64,000 nt of DNA from Lama glama (Eukaryota), in NCBI GenBank assembly GCA_028534125.1, contig CM052817.1, positions 66,962,001 to 67,026,000 on the forward strand. Direction: 5' to 3'. The notes below the pieces were generated by a model that made no database searches, had not been told where the DNA came from, and saw only the letters and a list, made by a program, of their open reading frames with translations. Below, piece by piece: positions 12,903 to 24,420 of the stretch. The stretch's first letter is position 1; each line of letters opens with the position of its first letter. The position numbers and the translations under genes were made by a program.

Positions 12903-13986
12903 GCAGCATAGTTTCTGGCTTTATTGTTCTATGGCTGACCATCAGATTCATTTGTGGAACTTGTGTGACATCTTCCTATGATCCCCTGCAGGCTGATTTA
13001 TTCAAAGATCTCTGAGGATGTCTCTGGGCTCCTGAGTCTCCCAGGGGGTTTTGATGATCAGCAGTTTGAGTACTATTGCCGGAAGCAGAGTTCTTGTGCT
13101 CCAGACTAGGAACTAAAATAAAAGTAGAAAACAATCTTGAGGGATCTGTGATTTAATGTGATGAAATGAGACAAAGACTAGGAAGTAATTGAAAACAATA
13201 AACCACTCTACATCTTTAGAATATTGTTCTGTATAGGAATTTCAATGCTAAAACAGTTCTCTACCTGTGCAGTTTTACACAGTTCTCTAGAATTGTTCTT
13301 GTTTGACTTCTCAGTGCATAATTTTTGTTTGTTTTGGCTTTAATTACTAACCTCTTTAAGCAAACACTTCTTTGAAATTTCAGGTTAAAAAATGTGTGTA
13401 ACAGATGAATACAAATACCTTCAAGGCAAAATAATACTTATCTTGTAGCTATTCTCAACAATTAGGTATAACTAATTTATAATACTTCAATGAAACAATG
13501 TCAGCATAGATATCACTTAATTATGCAGGTTTGTAAAAAATATGAGTGACATTTTTGTCAATAAATGACAAAAGAAAAGCCCTTCTAAAACATGGTGCTG
13601 CAGAAATATTTGTGCCCCTAAAACTACCAGATTAACAGTGTGATTAGCTAATTGCTTAAGGTATATTTGTGGGGAATACACATTATCAATATCCTTTTGA
13701 TTAAATTAGTGATGGACTAAATCAATTGACTTACTTTCTTAAATCCTTCTTAGGGATTGGGAAATTACAAATTAATAAAAAATTTAAAATATCAGTTATT
13801 TTCTTAGTGTAGAACACATAGTGAGTGTTCAACATTTGTTTCAAATATACTTTAGCTGAATATGATCAGAGCAAATATTAAATTTCTGAAGGGAAATTTT
13901 TAGACTACCAAAAGTGTTTTCCCCATTAGATTTGTAAGTTTGCTGAAAGCCGGAGCAATAATAAATAAAGTCCAGATTCCTAATAC

Positions 13987-14430
13987 TGTGAAGGAAAAGC
14001 TGGGCTGGTCTAACAAGATAACTCACAGGTCTAGGAATGTGTAGGAGAGGCTGGGCTGGGCTAACAAGTCTAAGTATTGGAATACTGATCTGAGTTCTGC
14101 TGGACTAATTTGTAAATCTAAGTTAATTAGTGTTGGTTTGCTGTTTATGTTTTTTTGCTAGCCAGCTGGATTTTCAAAGATACATATCTGGCTTTGGAAT
14201 GTTGGTTTGCTGCCTCCACTTTTGTGATGATAATGCTGCTAAAACTGTTCCATGCCTATTGGCCAAATCCCCAAGCTTGTACTTTACCCTATAAAACCTC
14301 ATGTGCACATCTTGAAGGTGCTCAGAGCTTCGGAGCAGAAGCCCCTCTGAGCCCGCCGGTGTAATACATCTGAGTACTCCAGCCCTCCGAGTGGTGCTTG
14401 TTTCTTGACTGGCCTGTCGTTTCCGTAACA
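13987..14430 (+). mobile_element. Relatively young ERV solo LTR
   Basis: TG...CA termini; duplicated GCTGGGCTGG(T/G)CTAACAAG; TATAAAA at 14290; AATACA poly(A)-signal variant; several CpGs retained; no clear TSD. Confidence 0.75.
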
Positions 14431-14470
14431 TTTCAACCCGTGTAGTAATATGACTGACCAAAGAATAAAC

Positions 14471-14983
14471 TGTAGGGAAGCAAACTTTGCCACCCCAAAA
14501 TGTGTCTTTTTTAAGTGAGGGTTAATTTAGACTGATTATTTTTAAGAAGCAGAATTCTCAGGAAGATTTTCTTGTAAAAACTCCCTTAAATGCCTAAAAG
14601 AATTTAAATAAAGGGATTGTTCCCAGAATAGAGCTATCATCAGAGAAATTTGCAAAGAATACCGGCTAGATGTGGGTAAAGGCAGCTCTGTGTCTGTCTC
14701 TGCAGGACCCAGCAAATACTTGCTTTTTCATCTCCATGTGAATTGCTTTCCTCCCCTCTGAAGTCCCAAACCACTACCCTAACATCCTCTTTTGTCTGAC
14801 GGTGACATTTAAAGTGAGTATTTCATTCAATTTGGAGAATTACTTAGTTTCCTGAGTCTCTCCCATAAATACATGTTATTAAACTTTTGTCTAATTTTCT
14901 CCTGTTAATCTGTCTCAAGTCAATTTAATTAGTCCAGCCAGAAGAACCTAGAAGGGTAGAGGAAAATTTCTTCCTCCCTGACA
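14471..14983 (+). mobile_element. ERV1 solo LTR, MER34-like
   Basis: TGTAGGG..GCCACCCCAAAATGTGTC start; ATTAAA signal; 'ttctcctgttaatctgtc'; ends CCCTGACA. Confidence 0.85.
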
Positions 14984-15683
14984 ACCCACAAATAGGGTTG
15001 TTTGCCATTTGATAACCCGTAATTATAACTGCAGAGAAATTCATGTGCAAGACTAAAGATAAAGACTTTGGCCACTCATTCTATTTGAAATCATTAAGCA
15101 ATTATACTTCAACATGCATTGGGGAAGGAATTAAAGAGAAACAGCCCAAGCTGCCAGGTCAGTTGTGTTTTACTTCGATCATTTAATTGCTTACACTGAT
15201 AAAATGAAGGTTTAGTCTTTCTTCAGGGCAATCCTTTGGAAGATAGGACTCCTGGTAAATCTTTACTCTTTCTTTCAAATCCAAATGATGTATATGCAGT
15301 AGAAATGAGATTCAACTAACCATCAAAGGCCATGGGAATTTAATTAGCTATCACCACAGGACTTCTTTGCTCGTCCAAGAGCCACTGTTAAGGCAAAGAT
15401 TAGATTAGCGTGAGATTAGATTAACACAAAATTTGATTAGCACATTGTTCTGTATTAACAACTTTGAGTAAATTTCTTTGTATTCTCCTAGTGAAATTTT
15501 GAACTCAGCACAAAGGACTTTACAACTTTAGCACACTCTTTCACTGTACTTACAATGTTGTTCTACTCTGGAGTAATTTGAATTACAAATAGGGCTAGGG
15601 AGAAACTCCTAAAATATTGAGACTTGTGGCTTACTCAGTGATTTTCTATTGCAAGCAAATGTATACTTGACTTTAGCACATAC

Positions 15684-16216
15684 TATAGTTAGGTAGTTAG
15701 GTAAGTGGGGACACCGGACAGATAGGTAGAAGAGAGGGAGGATGGTTTGCAAGATGGCATTATGCCCACCTCCAGCATAAGGGACTGGACTTCTAAATGA
15801 GTGCCAGCAAGAAATTGGTTAAAACCCGAGAGCCATGACTGCATGGTGGCAGAAAGGACTTAACCTGACACACCCCGATGTTCATTGTATTGTAATTAAC
15901 ATCGCGGTTTAGCGCCCCCCCCATGGATTTTTCTGTATACATCATAAGGACATCCACAAAGGGGCCAAACATGACTAAGCTTTCCAGGAACAAGAGCCAT
16001 CAGTCAAGCAAGAGACCACCTCTAAGCAAGGGCATAAGAGAAAGGGGACCAACGCTTTTCCTCCCTTGGATTGCCCACTTCCTTTTTGGGGGGATGTACT
16101 TTTCTTTTTTTTAAATAAATCTTTAAAATCTTTAGCTACACAATGCACCATCTCCTGACTGTAAACTTACCTTTTGGGTTTGACAAGAATTGGGGTCTTT
16201 ACCTTTTGGTGTAACA
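15684..16216 (+). mobile_element. ERV1-class solo LTR
   Basis: 'tagttaggtagttagg' start, GC-richer body, AATAAA near 16114, ends GGTGTAACA. Confidence 0.7.
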
Positions 16217-16327
16217 CTTTGGCCAATCAGGTACCTGACAGCATTAATTTTAACAAATTATTTTGTACAAAAAGCACATTGTTAATCTAGGATTGCACTG
16301 GACATGCTAGCATTTTCCATATCATAT

Positions 16328-16839
16328 TGTGTGGAAGGAACACTAATATTCCCTTATTCCCAGTAATAAAAAGACAGACTAGTACGAGAAAAATAAACAG
16401 AAGTTTAATAACATGTATACCTCCTGTGTACATGAGAGAGACCCAAGAAAACTGAGTAACCCCTAAATGGCCCAAAGCCAGCACCTTCAATATCATTACG
16501 TAAATTTAGACAAAAACTGATGTTGGTAAGGGAGGTTATCAGGCAAATCACAGTAAAGAAGGGGAAGGTTGTTTTTTAGATTTAAGTCAGTTGCTATCTC
16601 TATTGATATGAATTTCTAGAGGTTTAGTCATCCTCCTCTTTTTGGTACAGAGAGGAAGACACCCTTACAAATTAAGATTTCCCTTTTAAATATAACTGTT
16701 CCTTTACCAATGGGTAACTTCTACTCAGTTTTCAGAGACTTCCCTGGTTTGCTCTTTAAAAAAAATAATAAATAACCAGCTCAAGATAATCCTTATGCAA
16801 AAAAACATATTTTCAGGTGGCAAATTCTGTTCCTCTTCA
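16328..16839 (-). mobile_element. ERV1 solo LTR, MER34/MER39-like
   Basis: Reverse complement starts TGAAGAGGAACAGAATTTGCCACC..AAAATATG; homologous to the other two MER34-like LTRs. Confidence 0.8.
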
Positions 16840-17023
16840 ACGTCTATAGTCTCTACTCAGGAAATTGTTTTTCTTCCTGCACCAGTAAATGCACAGGACA
16901 TTTCTAAAAATTCACCTCACCTCCATCTTCCCAGTCTTACTAATGAAGCAATGTCTTAGTAGCAGATTGGTAGTTTTTCTTTATTGGAAGTTTTCTCTTA
17001 TTAGCGTGGTTTTCCCTTACTAG

Positions 17024-17361
17024 TATAAAAAGTTAGTAAACAGAAACCTCAATTAAATAGTCAGGAGACCAGAAGGGGAGCTGTCATGCCCTGCCATGAT
17101 AGCAGAACCCAACAGGAAGAAGAAAGACTCCTCTTCTTTTCTGGCAAGGACTCCACCAATGAGAAGCCATGGACTCTGTTTACCATAGCCCTCCCAACTT
17201 CCATTTTCTCTCTATAAAATATTTGCTCTCCCTTGACCTTGGGGAGAGACTTGCAGGTGGCTTGCCATGGTTACAGACCTTCAATTGCAATTTTTGCTGA
17301 TCCTGAATAAACTCATTTTTGCTGGAGAAATATCTGGCAGTCTGTTTGTTTCAGGTCAACA
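17024..17361 (+). mobile_element. ERV1 solo LTR
   Basis: 4-bp TSD CTAG (17020-17023 and 17362-17365); CCAAT, TATAAAA and AATAAA in canonical order; ends GTCAACA. Confidence 0.85.
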
Positions 17362-18094
17362 CTAGAAAGGGAGCAAAGACTAAGAAGGGTTTGGAAAAAA
17401 ATGCTATCTGAAATCTTTTTAGTTTATGTAGCAAGCTATGTTATACCTATAGACTCAGGGAAATTGCTTGTTTCAAAGCTTATTTAATCTTTAGAACTGG
17501 AAATAGATCAGTTTTTTGACTTTTTTTTTTTTTGTCAGAGCCTAGGCATTTGCAAAACATGTTCTATTCTTTTTTTCTGACCTTCAACTAGCATTTAAGT
17601 CATGCATGATTATTACAGCTTAAATTCATGTAAAGATCAGAAAGCGCAGGCCAGCAGAAAAGAATCTCACCAATGCATTAATGTGTGCCACATCTAAGAC
17701 AGGTGGAAAACAAAAGAACCTATAAACAGACTTGAACTTGAAGTGTATTATTGAGAAGAGGGGGATGGATTGTTTCTAATGGCATGGGAGCAGAGATGTG
17801 TACTTTATAATATCATTTGTGCTGTCCAGGAAGAAAAGAGCTGAGAACCACACATCTGCCAGCACTATACCTGACCCTGCAAGTTAGAATAGAGAAAAGT
17901 AATTGAATGTGGTTGAACCAATTCCCTGAGCAAAAGGAAGATGCTACAGTTGATGAGTTGAAATGCCGTATCAGTTGAAATGCCGAAGGCAGTGAATGGT
18001 CTTATTTTCTCCAAGTCCTTCTTTCTGGTTTATTCTATTATCATTCATTTTACTGAGCGAGAAATTCAAAAGTGGAGCAAAGAAATTGTCTTTC

Positions 18095-18464
18095 CTTTTA
18101 AAAAACAAAATTCAATTGAGTAAATTTGAAGCTCTAATTGGCTTTATTCAATGATTCAGGAATCAGGCAGCATCTTATCTAACAAGTAGAAGACAGGTCC
18201 CAGGAGTTGTGCAAGACAGAAGGCTTTATAGGCAGAAGGGTGGGACAAGGAAGTTAAGAGAGTGGATTATTTCAGGCAAGGTCACTTTCCTTAAGGTAAG
18301 GCAGGGGGCAGTTATCAGGTAGATTATCTCACTAGTGCTGATAGGAAATTCCAGATATTAAAATTCCATTTCTGGGAGAGGCTGAAACTGCAAATAGGTT
18401 GGGGATTAAGTCTTGGTGGGGCTTAACAAAAGTGACTCCATTTTGGGCTTGTTTCTTTTTAACA
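18095..18464 (-). mobile_element. ERV1 solo LTR, MER101/LTR39-like
   Basis: Reverse complement starts TGTTAAAAAGAAAC..CCCAAAATGGAGTCACT; TTTC on both flanks. Confidence 0.75.
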
Positions 18465-18822
18465 TTTCCTAATGCTTATGAGGTTAATGGAGAGAATACA
18501 TTGTAATTTATTGCTGTTAATGGACATACTCTATTTTAGAGAAGTCAAGTCAAGGATTGCATTATCTCATTTCTTAAAAAGGTAAAACTTCATGCTAAAA
18601 TAGTTTCAAGTAACATTAAAAAAATGGATTTGGGGACTCTGTGTTCCAAGTAAACATTTTTTTCTCCCCAAATTTATTTATTTATTTAGAAATTGACCAT
18701 AAGCATGGATTTATTATTTAATAAGTTTAATTTTCTAACAAAGTATTACAGAGAAAAGTGATAACATTCAAACTTTACCTGATACTTTGGCTTCATTACC
18801 AGAACATTTCTAATATTGAAAC

Positions 18823-19312
18823 TGTTAAAGAGAAAACCATGGGCCCCAAATGGCATCACTTGTGCTAAATCCTGTGATACTAAACCTAGATTTAATATTT
18901 GACCTAATTGCAGTTTGACCTTTTCTAAGAATATAATCTTAACTAGCTGGTCTGGAATTTTCTGATCAGCATCAATGAGATAACCTGCCGCTCAGGCCTC
19001 TCTCTAGCCCGCAAAAGAAGAAGAGGCAATAGTCAAGATAAAGCCTGCCAGTGCCTTTCCTCAAAATATGATGGCCCAGATTGCTCAATGGCCTGTCTTA
19101 AAACAATTCTTTCTGGGAATTTTCTAGCTAATAATTTCTTTGTTCCATCCTCCTGGCACCGTCCCTAGCCCCTCCCACCACCCACCAAGGTGATAGCTAC
19201 CTGCACACCCTGGGGAAGACATGATCCCATGAAACTTGCTCATTTCAGATCCAGTTCTGCAAACAAAGCCACTAAGCACATGTAGGTGGCATTCTTTTTA
19301 GCTCTTTTAACA
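18823..19312 (+). mobile_element. ERV1 solo LTR related to 18095-18464
   Basis: TGTTAAAGAGAAAACC..CCCAAATGGCATCACT start; TTTTAACA end. Confidence 0.75.
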
Positions 19313-19969
19313 AGATTTATTTCTACCTGAATATGGTCTGTATTTAATCTATACAAGGTGTGTGATTCACCCCTCAAAAAATTGAGAAATGATTGACTTG
19401 TTTACATTCTTTTACCCTTGCTTTCATTTCTTTGCAATTAATCTTAATAGCTATGGCAGTCAGGTTACATTTTTGCTCTTACTTGTATACACCTTTTATT
19501 TGCCTGTGGTGCATTTTTACTTAGAAGAAAATAAAATTAACCAATATTGTAAAAGTTATATTGAGAAGAGTGGAGTTGGAGCAAAAAAGATATTTTGACA
19601 TAACAACAGAGCCAGATGCATCTACTGGGAAATTTCTTCTTCTGAAAAAGAAAAGAATTTCAATATTTCTTAAAATATTAATCAGAGAACTTGTAATGTT
19701 ATAATAGTAAATTAAATCAAAGAGGTTATTCAATTTTCCTCTACACCTGTGTTAAGTTATAAAATAAATTGTATCTTCAGATAAATGTTATAATCACCAT
19801 CAGTCAGGATTAATAGAGGGAAAATACTGAGACAAAAATCAAAGCCAAGCTCATAGTTATGAAAGCAGTTAGACTTTAAAACAGTTTATTGTGAGCTTTC
19901 TATGTTACTATAGCTGTTGTATGGTCTCTTTACATCTCTGTCCCTATATATGTATATACGTATATATTT

Positions 19970-20135
19970 ATTTGCATATAATCTTCAGTACAACTCTACG
20001 AGTTAGGTACTACTTTATTTTGCTTTTAAGAAAACATAACTGCAGAGAGTTTAACAACATATTAGGATCAGTGTCTAAGTGTTATAGGATGGATTTAAAT
20101 CCAACTGACTCCAGCACCGGAGTCTAAAGCACTGC
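19970..20135 (-). mobile_element. MIR SINE fragment
   Basis: 'taatcttcagtacaactctacgagttaggtactac...ggatttaaatccaactgactcc'. Confidence 0.65.
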
Positions 20136-21874
20136 ATGAATAACTATGTGTTTTGGAGAAACCTTATTTTTATTATTATATTTTTATCATTATTCAGAAG
20201 TATTATTTTAATTATTAATTATACTATTATTATTAGTTATTAATTATACTATTATTTGAAAGTATCTATTATGAGAAAACATTATAAAATTTCCATGAGA
20301 GATTAATAAAGTAGCAAAGTGCTGATAAGAGGGCATCAGTGGAATTGAAAAACAAAACCTGGTAAAATCTGGTAAAAATTTCTCTTTATAATTGGCAATA
20401 CACCTTGGCCAGACTGTAAAATACACTAGATTCTAATCCCAGGAATGGCATCATTAGAGTCTAAAGCCATTCAACCATGTTTTATGAATAGACATATTAG
20501 AGTAATTTAATTGGTATTTTAAGCATGAATATTACAGCATGCAGTTGCTAGATAAAAAGTTTTGACCTAATTGACTCGCTAGTTAATGAGCTAAATAATC
20601 TATTTAATGACTTCATTAAATTGTGTATCTGAGTGTCAAATCTGTAAAACAATTTTATTACATACGTCCTTTAAAAAATACCACTTTTTGTGAATGTAAA
20701 TGCATGATCTTATTTTTGATTTCACATGTTTTATGAATTTGGGGACTATTCTCCCTGTCCTTAGTTATTACTTGTATAAACTAACAAGTTTATTCTAACT
20801 AATTAGTTCTAAAATAATTTTTTACTTGTGTATGTTTTGTCCTTAAATTTGCTCACACTTTCCTTAAAAGTAATACTAGGAACAGTCATACCTAGATTAA
20901 ATAAAACTTAAATTTCATTGTTTAATGATTGAAAGGATTAAAGAATACTGACTACTTTGCAATTGACTAAAAGTTAGTATGTACATCTTTTTTAGCACAA
21001 TTTTCAACCTTGATTGTGTTTTCAAAAATCAAGACCAAATCAACATATATTTTAGGTAGTTTTCAATTTTTGTGATTTCCCCTCCACCATTTTTGTTATC
21101 TTCTGAACCAATTTGTTCATAATTTCTCTGAAAAACTAGTGTGAATAAACCTAGATCTTTACACAAAATTAAACCTTAATGGTAGATAGTAGTGATACTA
21201 GAATTTTTCCAATATGCTTTCATCTTTCAATAGGATTTTCATAAACCATCCCACTGTTAATCTCCAGAAAGCAGGCCATTTCTTAAGCTCAGGGATGAAA
21301 GTGGACCTTTCTGCCTTTCATCTGCTTCTTCAAGTATTTAAGAAAAACAGTTACATCAAACCAGACCTTGTAACACAGATTAAATCCTCCTCTTTTTGAC
21401 TGTCTTGGAGAAATTGTTTTTCCTTGGTTTTTCAAGGAATAGTCGTCATGGCCATATGTTGGAAAGAGAAATTAAAGTTTGCAAATGATTACATAACTTG
21501 AAATTATGTTATAAATTTATTTTATATATCAAAAATTGGACCAATTTTATATATAAGCAGATAAACAGCTGCACATTCTTCTTCATGTCTTGGTAGATAT
21601 GCCAAGAAGAATTATTATAGATAGAATCTTTTTTACCCTGTTTACACACTTTCCCAAAGCAAGACTACATACCACTTAACACATTTCTGGGCTCACCCAC
21701 TTTTATTCATGGGCTCTGAGGTAGCCTTCATATCTGACTCTTTTGATAGGCAGAAACCATGGTGTTTGCCTTTTGAAATAGAAGTCAACTGAGTATAGGT
21801 CTTCTTGTATCTGAAGCTACAAGTACTGTTTACCCCTAATTGCTTTCATAACTATTACCTTGACTTTGATTTTT

Positions 21875-21907
21875 TCTTAATTTCTGCATAATTAAGTTTT
21901 TCTTTCC

Positions 21908-21969
<62 letters not shown>

Positions 21970-22067
21970 ATCTATCTATCTATCTATCTAAGGAGGTGTT
22001 GGGGATTGAACCCAGGACCTCGTATATACTAAGTACATGCTCTACTACTGGGCTGTACCCTCCTCCC
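21875..22067 (-). mobile_element. Vic-1-type SINE with expanded microsatellite tail
   Basis: Antisense B box GGATTGAACC and a degenerate A box; 18-bp TSD ACCTTGAC(T/C)TTGATTTTT at 21857-21874 and 22068-22085. Confidence 0.92.
21909..21990. repeat. Compound (TTTC)n(TATC)n microsatellite
   Basis: Perfect tetranucleotide arrays read directly. Confidence 0.97.
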
Positions 22068-22333
22068 ACCTTGACCTTGATTTTTGTCTCCATTTGTTCC
22101 CTCCATTAATCCTGAGGTTTCTGACTGCTGGCACCTTCTTGATCCCCAGCTTATGGCAATTCCAGTTCTTAAGCTTCTTCAATACCAGGACTGTTGTTTC
22201 CTACTTTGCTTTGAGTCTTTGGTCCTGATCTGTTGCCATACAGCACTAACATACACCAGTCAGGGATGAAGCAAGAAAATTAAATACTGTGTTTGTAAGT
22301 ATATCACCTTAGTTAATCATTTTTTAAAAGACA

Positions 22334-23623
22334 AGTTAATCAGTGAAGCTAGAACACTCCCTTACACCATACACAGAAATAAACTCAAAATGGATCAAAG
22401 ACTTAAACATAAGACAAGATACAATAAACCTCCTAGAAGAAAATATAGGCAAAACATTATGTGACATACATCTCAAAAATGTTCTCCTAGGACAGTCTAC
22501 CCAAGCAATAGACATAAAAGCAAGAATAAACAAATGGGACCTAATTAAATGTACAAGCTTCTGCACAGCAAAGGAAACCATAAGTAAAACAAAAAGACAA
22601 CCTACGGAATGGGAGAAAATTTTTGCAAACGATGAAACTGACAAAGGCTTGATCTCCAGAATGTATAAGCAGCTCATACGACTTAGTAAGAAAGAAACAA
22701 CCCAATCCAAAAATGGGCAGAAGGCCAAAACAAGCAATCTCCAAGGAAGAAATACAAATGATCAATAAGCACATAAAAAAATTCTCAGTATCACTAACTA
22801 TCAGAGAAATGCAAATCAAAACTATGATGAGGTATCACCTCACACCAGTCAGAATGGCCATCATTCAAAAGTCCACAAATGACAAATGCTGGAGAAAAGG
22901 GAACCCTCCTACACTGCTGGTGGGAATGCAGTTTGGTGCAGTCACTGTGGAAAATAGTATGGAGATTCCTCAAAAGACTTGGAATAGACTTACCATATGA
23001 CCCAGGAATCCCACTCCTGGGAACCCAGGACTATCCAGAAGGAACCCTACTTCAAAATGACACTTGCACCCCAGTGTTCATAGAAGCACTATTTACAATA
23101 GCCAAAACATGGAAACAGCCTAAATGTCCATCAACAGGTGACTGGATAAAGAAGAGGTGGTATATTTATACAATGGAATACTATTCAGCCATAAAAACTG
23201 ACAACATAATGCCATTTGCAGCAACATGGATGTTCCTGGAGAATGTCATTGTAAGTGAAGTAAGCCAGAAAGAGAAAGAAAAATACCATATGAGATCACT
23301 CATATGTGGAATCTAAAAAATAAATAAATAAATACAAAACAGAAACAGACTCATAGACATAGAATACAAACTTGTGGTTGCCAAGGGGTCAGGGGGTGGG
23401 AAGGGACAGACTGGGATTTCAAAATGTAGAATAAATAGACAAGATTATACTGTATAGCACTGGGAAATATATACAAGATCTTATGGTTGCTCACAGCAAA
23501 AAAAAACTGTGACAATAAATATATATATGTTCATGTATAACTGAAAAATTGTGCTCTACACTGGAATTTGACACAACATTGTAAAATGACTGTAACTCAA
23601 TAAAAAATGTTTAAAAAAGTAAA
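22334..23623 (+). mobile_element. Young 5'-truncated L1: ORF2 C-terminus (frameshifted), 3'UTR and poly(A)
   Basis: Translations [52 protein letters not shown]; candidate TSD TAAAAGACA at 22325-22333 and 23624-23632. Confidence 0.97.
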
Positions 23624-24269
23624 TAAAAGACAGAGATTAGATGGCAAAGCAGAAGATAAGGACAGATAGATGATGTAATAAAGTCTTTCACTTAACAATT
23701 GGAAATAAGTTTAGAATTGCAAATATAAAGTAAAAATGTCTGTGTTAAGTATTTTACAGGGGCAAGAATAGTGCTTTTCCCATAATAGTAGCTCAATACA
23801 TATTTGTTGGACTGATGAACAGTTAGATGGATATATAAAATAAAAATGTAATAAAAAAAAGTTAAAAGCTATAGGGTTTTTTTCCCAGTATTACAGATTT
23901 CCAATTCATGTTATTATTGGGCATAAGCCATGTTATAAGTCATGTTATTGTTTGTCTGGGCATAAGCACAAAATGAAAGTGAAAGACTAATCAGACAATC
24001 AAAATAAATCAGTGCAGCTGCTTTACACAGTCCAGCACATCAAAGTGAAATTTGTATTATTAGAAAAACTCAGATGCCAGACTGCAGTCAGTGATTGGCA
24101 TCCCTGCCTTAGCACCACTCCAGCCTTTCTATCATGATCTTCCTGCTCTCTAGTGGCTGGCCCATCTTTCTTCAGTTGAGAAGGGACAACAATCTTCATG
24201 CAATAAATAATCAACGTGTAGAAATAGAAAGGCAATATATTATAATAAAATAGGACTTGAATGTAGCTT

Positions 24270-24420
24270 TGTGATGTTGGCTGGATACGGTAAATCCTCA
24301 CCTGTGAAGTGGACATAATAGCTTCCTGCCTCATAAGGTATTTATAAGGATTCAGTCATAAAACTCATACAGAGTGTTCAGAACAGTCCATGGCATGTTG
24401 ATAAGTTCTCAATAATTTTG
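24270..24420 (+). mobile_element. MIR fragment
   Basis: 'tcctcacctgtgaagtggacataatagc...cctcataagg...aggattca'. Confidence 0.6.

Noticed and set aside
17950..17986. Short direct repeat AGTTGAAATGCCG x2 (similar 13-bp duplication at about 26104-26130)
   Set aside because: Two copies only with no spacer array; ordinary slippage duplications, not CRISPR-like.
22343..23316. Protein-coding gene from overlapping ORFs
   Set aside because: Frameshifted fragments of a 5'-truncated L1 ORF2; the antisense ORFs are the usual L1 shadow frames.
24073..24102. Small hairpin GATGCCA...TGGCATC around the palindrome GACTGCAGTC
   Set aside because: A 7-bp stem is too short for a pre-miRNA and plausible by chance in 64 kb.
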